The position numbers and the translations under genes are program-made. A stretch of 64,000 nt of DNA from Verrucomicrobiota bacterium. Lineage in GTDB: Bacteria > Verrucomicrobiota > Verrucomicrobiia > Chthoniobacterales > UBA10450. Under the pieces are notes generated by a model that searched no databases, had not been told where the DNA came from, and saw only the letters and a list, made by a program, of their open reading frames with translations. Within the stretch, counting starts at the first letter, position 1, and the number at the start of each line of letters is the position of its first letter. This document shows, one piece after another, positions 61,400-64,000 of this stretch. The stretch is taken from the NCBI GenBank assembly GCA_041167545.1, contig JBEEHT010000044.1, forward strand, positions 9,113 through 73,112, read 5' to 3'.

Positions 61400-63499
61400 T
61401 CACATGTCACTCGTCACTGGCTTCGTTCGTCCCCGCACCACCATCGCGAGGAAATAGAACGCGATCACGGCGACGAGCAGCAGGTGGTAGCCGGTGAGCA
61501 TGCTGAAGTATTCGAGCATTCCGCCGACCATGATCCCAAGCAGATTCGAGGCGAAAGAAACATCCGCCAGCTCGGTCTCGCGAAAGGAGTTCGAGAAAAT
61601 CACGTTCGCCAGAAAGACCGGCGCGAAGATGAGACAACTCGCGATCACGTAGCGCGCGATCGCGTTTTGAAAGAGCAGTGTTTCTGGCCGAACCGCGAGG
61701 TTCAGCGCCAGCATGCCGAAGAGGAGCAGGTAGAAGATCCAGATCCGGCGAAACGTAAACCGCGCGTTGACCAGGACCGCGATCAACACGCTCGTGAGGA
61801 TGGCGAAGAAGACGAGCGAGTTGACGTTCCAAGTGCTCCCGAAGAGGAGCGCGAAAGTGGTGAGCGCCTTTACCTCTAAAAGGGCGAACGCCACCCCGAG
61901 AAAGAACATGTGCCAGTCGAACCGCTGAAGGGTGCCGCGTGGCGCCACCAAAAAAATCGCGGCCAGTGAAATGGCGAGGATCACCGCGAGGCCGCGGAGG
62001 TAAATGGCCGGAAATGATTTCTGCGGGAGATAGATGAACGGCCAGTCGTCCGTCGCCGGCGGTTTGCTGGTCGCGGCAAAGAATCCTTCGCCGGTCACGC
62101 GCAGCTCCTTTTCGGCCGGGGAGAAAGTCTCTTCGCGATAAGGACCGAAGGCCCCCGCCGGAATTTCACTTAATCTTGGACCGTTGATAATTACCGCGCC
62201 ACGCCCCTGGCCGCCGTAGGTGGAGACAAATGAGTCGCGGCCAAAGGTGCGGCCGACCATGCTGGCCAGCTTCTCGATCAGCCACGGCTCGCGATAATAA
62301 TTGTAGAGCACGAGAACGCCATTGGGCGCGAGCGCGTCGCGCGCGGCGGCGAGCGAGTCTTGCGTGAAGAGAAAACTCTCGAGGCGCAGATTGGCGATGC
62401 TCGAAGTCAGCGTGAGCGAGTCCGGCAGCGCAAAGATGATGAGATCGAACTTCTCGTTTGTGTTGCGCAGGAAGACGCGGCCGTCTGCATTCACCAAACG
62501 AACGCGCGGATCGGAATAGGGCCGGTCCGGGTTGAACTGGGCCCCGAGTTTGATGATGACGGGGTCGATCTCGACGGCGGTAATCGACTTCACGCCGTTC
62601 CCGAGAGCCGTCGCCGCATCGGAGCCGCTGCCCGCGCCGAGAATGAGTGCGTGTTCGAACGACGCACCGGGAAAGAGTTCGTAAACGCGGCGGTAGAACG
62701 GCTCCTTGTTCCGCCACGGGATCATGCTCTGGTGGCCGATGCTGTTAACGTCGAGGTTATAGCCGGCCGGCGTCGCGGGCGTGAGCGTGATCTTGTAGTA
62801 GGGCGACCAGTAGCTGCCGCGTTGGAGGAACAAGGCTATCCCGGCGGCGGCGATCATCAGCAGAGCAGAGCGGATGAGTTCCTTCTTCGCGCTTAAGACT
62901 AGGATCAGCAGTCCAAGCACCGCAAACCAGTAGATCGGCGGAAGGGCGAAATAGCCGATGACGAAAAATGCCGCCGTGCCCGCGAGGCTGCCCAGGATGT
63001 CGAAGGTGTAGGCGGTGAGCGGAGCCGTTTGGGTGAAGAGCGAACCGAGCGTCCGGGCGAGCGGAACAAACGCCGCCGCCACAAAGATGAAGATCAGCGG
63101 TAGAAGAATAAAACTTTCCGCCTGGGCGACGCCGTGCGTCCCGGAACCGAAGTAGAGGACATCGGTCGACGAGATCTTGAGCTCGAACCGATTGACCGCG
63201 ACGACGGCGGTGAGCAGCAACACCATGAGGGGGAAAGGCGGAAACCGGAACGTCGCTCGCCGCGCGGCCAGAATCCCGAGCCCCATGCCGAGGAACGAAG
63301 CGAGCAGGATGAAATTGGTGAAGTAGCTGAGATACCTGACGTAAGCCGGAATCCACCGAATGCAGAGCAGCTCGAAGAAAAGGAGCGTGAACGAAACCAG
63401 AAAGATCCGCAGCCGGACGCCGTTGATAAGCGACGGATCCGAGTCAGTCGCCGCTGCCGGGTTCGCCGCCAAGGCTGTTTGTTCCGTTGAGGTGCTCAA
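61400..63499 (-). CDS. polytopic membrane protein with an embedded spermidine-synthase-like (SpeE-fold) methyltransferase domain
   Basis: About 8 N-terminal TM segments. 'ALILGAGSGSDAATALGNGVKSITAVEIDPVII...RVRLVNADGRVFL...FDLIIFALPDS'. Then about 5 more TM segments. Confidence 0.75.
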   Translation of the reverse strand: MSTSTEQTALAANPAAATDSDPSLINGVRLRIFLVSFTLLFFELLCIRWIPAYVRYLSYFTNFILLASFLGMGLGILAARRATFRFPPFPLMVLLLTAVVAVNRFELKISSTDVLYFGSGTHGVAQAESFILLPLIFIFVAAAFVPLARTLGSLFTQTAPLTAYTFDILGSLAGTAAFFVIGYFALPPIYWFAVLGLLILVLSAKKELIRSALLMIAAAGIALFLQRGSYWSPYYKITLTPATPAGYNLDVNSIGHQSMIPWRNKEPFYRRVYELFPGASFEHALILGAGSGSDAATALGNGVKSITAVEIDPVIIKLGAQFNPDRPYSDPRVRLVNADGRVFLRNTNEKFDLIIFALPDSLTLTSSIANLRLESFLFTQDSLAAARDALAPNGVLVLYNYYREPWLIEKLASMVGRTFGRDSFVSTYGGQGRGAVIINGPRLSEIPAGAFGPYREETFSPAEKELRVTGEGFFAATSKPPATDDWPFIYLPQKSFPAIYLRGLAVILAISLAAIFLVAPRGTLQRFDWHMFFLGVAFALLEVKALTTFALLFGSTWNVNSLVFFAILTSVLIAVLVNARFTFRRIWIFYLLLFGMLALNLAVRPETLLFQNAIARYVIASCLIFAPVFLANVIFSNSFRETELADVSFASNLLGIMVGGMLEYFSMLTGYHLLLVAVIAFYFLAMVVRGRTKPVTSDM

Positions 63500-63506
63500 T
63501 CGGTGA

Positions 63507-63974
63507 CTAACTCTTGCTCGAGTGCGGCGGCAGAAGAATCATTCGAGCAAATTGCAGGGTGCCGATGGCGAGCGGGAAGACAATGGAGGCATAAAAGAGC
63601 CAGAAGACTCCGGCGCTAAGAGCATTGTAAACCTGCAAAAGACTGACCGCACCCCCTATGGCCCCAAACAGATAGAAAACATAGCGGAAAGCGCCCATTT
63701 CCTTCACTACTGAACGCCCCAGTTCTAACTGGCGCCGCCGGGTCATAAAACCAAAAGGAAAAACCAAAAGGAGCGAGAACACACTGCACCACCGCCAGAC
63801 GGAGAGAGGTGTTGGTGTGATCGAGAACAGGAGCATGCCGAATAAGCAGGCGAAGAGTGCGATCATGGCGTTGCCGAGCAAAAGCCAGAGACGAAATCTA
63901 TCCAGCGGCGACCATTCGTGGATCGACCCGCTCCGAAACACCACCACCACTCCGGCGAATCCGGCGAGCGCCAC
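63507..63974 (-). CDS. hypothetical polytopic membrane protein (possibly 5'-incomplete near the window edge)
   Basis: 4-5 hydrophobic helices and no recognised motif. The ORF reaches within 26 nt of the window end. Confidence 0.4.
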   Translation of the reverse strand: MALAGFAGVVVVFRSGSIHEWSPLDRFRLWLLLGNAMIALFACLFGMLLFSITPTPLSVWRWCSVFSLLLVFPFGFMTRRRQLELGRSVVKEMGAFRYVFYLFGAIGGAVSLLQVYNALSAGVFWLFYASIVFPLAIGTLQFARMILLPPHSSKS

Positions 63975-64000
63975 TGCGATCTGAGCGGCCGTCGAAAGTG

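Noticed and set aside
1-64000. A search by eye for tRNA, rRNA or tmRNA genes, CRISPR arrays, transposases, integrases, phage genes and toxin-antitoxin pairs.
   Set aside because: None was recognised. Intergenic regions are short, mostly under 250 bp, and I saw no cloverleaf-like or repeat-spacer structure. A tRNAscan-SE, Infernal or ISEScan run would be needed to be certain.

Overview
This is a 64-kb, gene-dense bacterial chromosomal segment with about 60 protein genes on both strands and high G+C (about 60% by hand counts of sample rows). I could not recognise any rRNA, tRNA, CRISPR array, transposase or integrase by eye.

Recognisable backbone genes are mnmG-plsY-gpsA, purN, thyA, a Prc-like tail-specific protease and two tandem APC amino-acid permeases. 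Also present are a MurU/AmgK-like peptidoglycan-recycling pair, PPK2, an L,D-transpeptidase, an LLM oxidoreductase, and EamA, PAP2, CYTH and acyltransferase genes.

The window is unusually rich in large secreted proteins. These are one clan-SB (subtilisin/sedolisin-like) peptidase, three sialidase-like BNR proteins and one VPS10/sortilin-like BNR protein. It also carries TPR and Ser/Thr-kinase-like signalling proteins. This style suggests a soil Verrucomicrobiota- or Acidobacteriota-like organism, but that is inference only.

The most noteworthy observations are:
1. Three small signal-peptide or lipoprotein genes at 50.4-52.2 kb share a position-locked upstream motif.
2. Three adjacent giant secreted proteins at 9.7-20.7 kb share a tandem-duplicated C-terminal module of about 125 aa that I cannot name.
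3. A DUF4062/TIR-like, transmembrane, TPR protein heads a tightly coupled operon.
4. A lower-G+C three-gene island of secreted and membrane proteins lies at 32.2-34.4 kb, next to a decayed GFA pseudogene.
5. A degenerate pseudokinase lies next to a transmembrane, TolB_N-like, TPR protein.
6. Several structured or repeat-bearing intergenic regions occur, upstream of the murU-like gene, ppk2 and the LLM gene.

All functional calls come from motif recognition by eye; no database search was possible.
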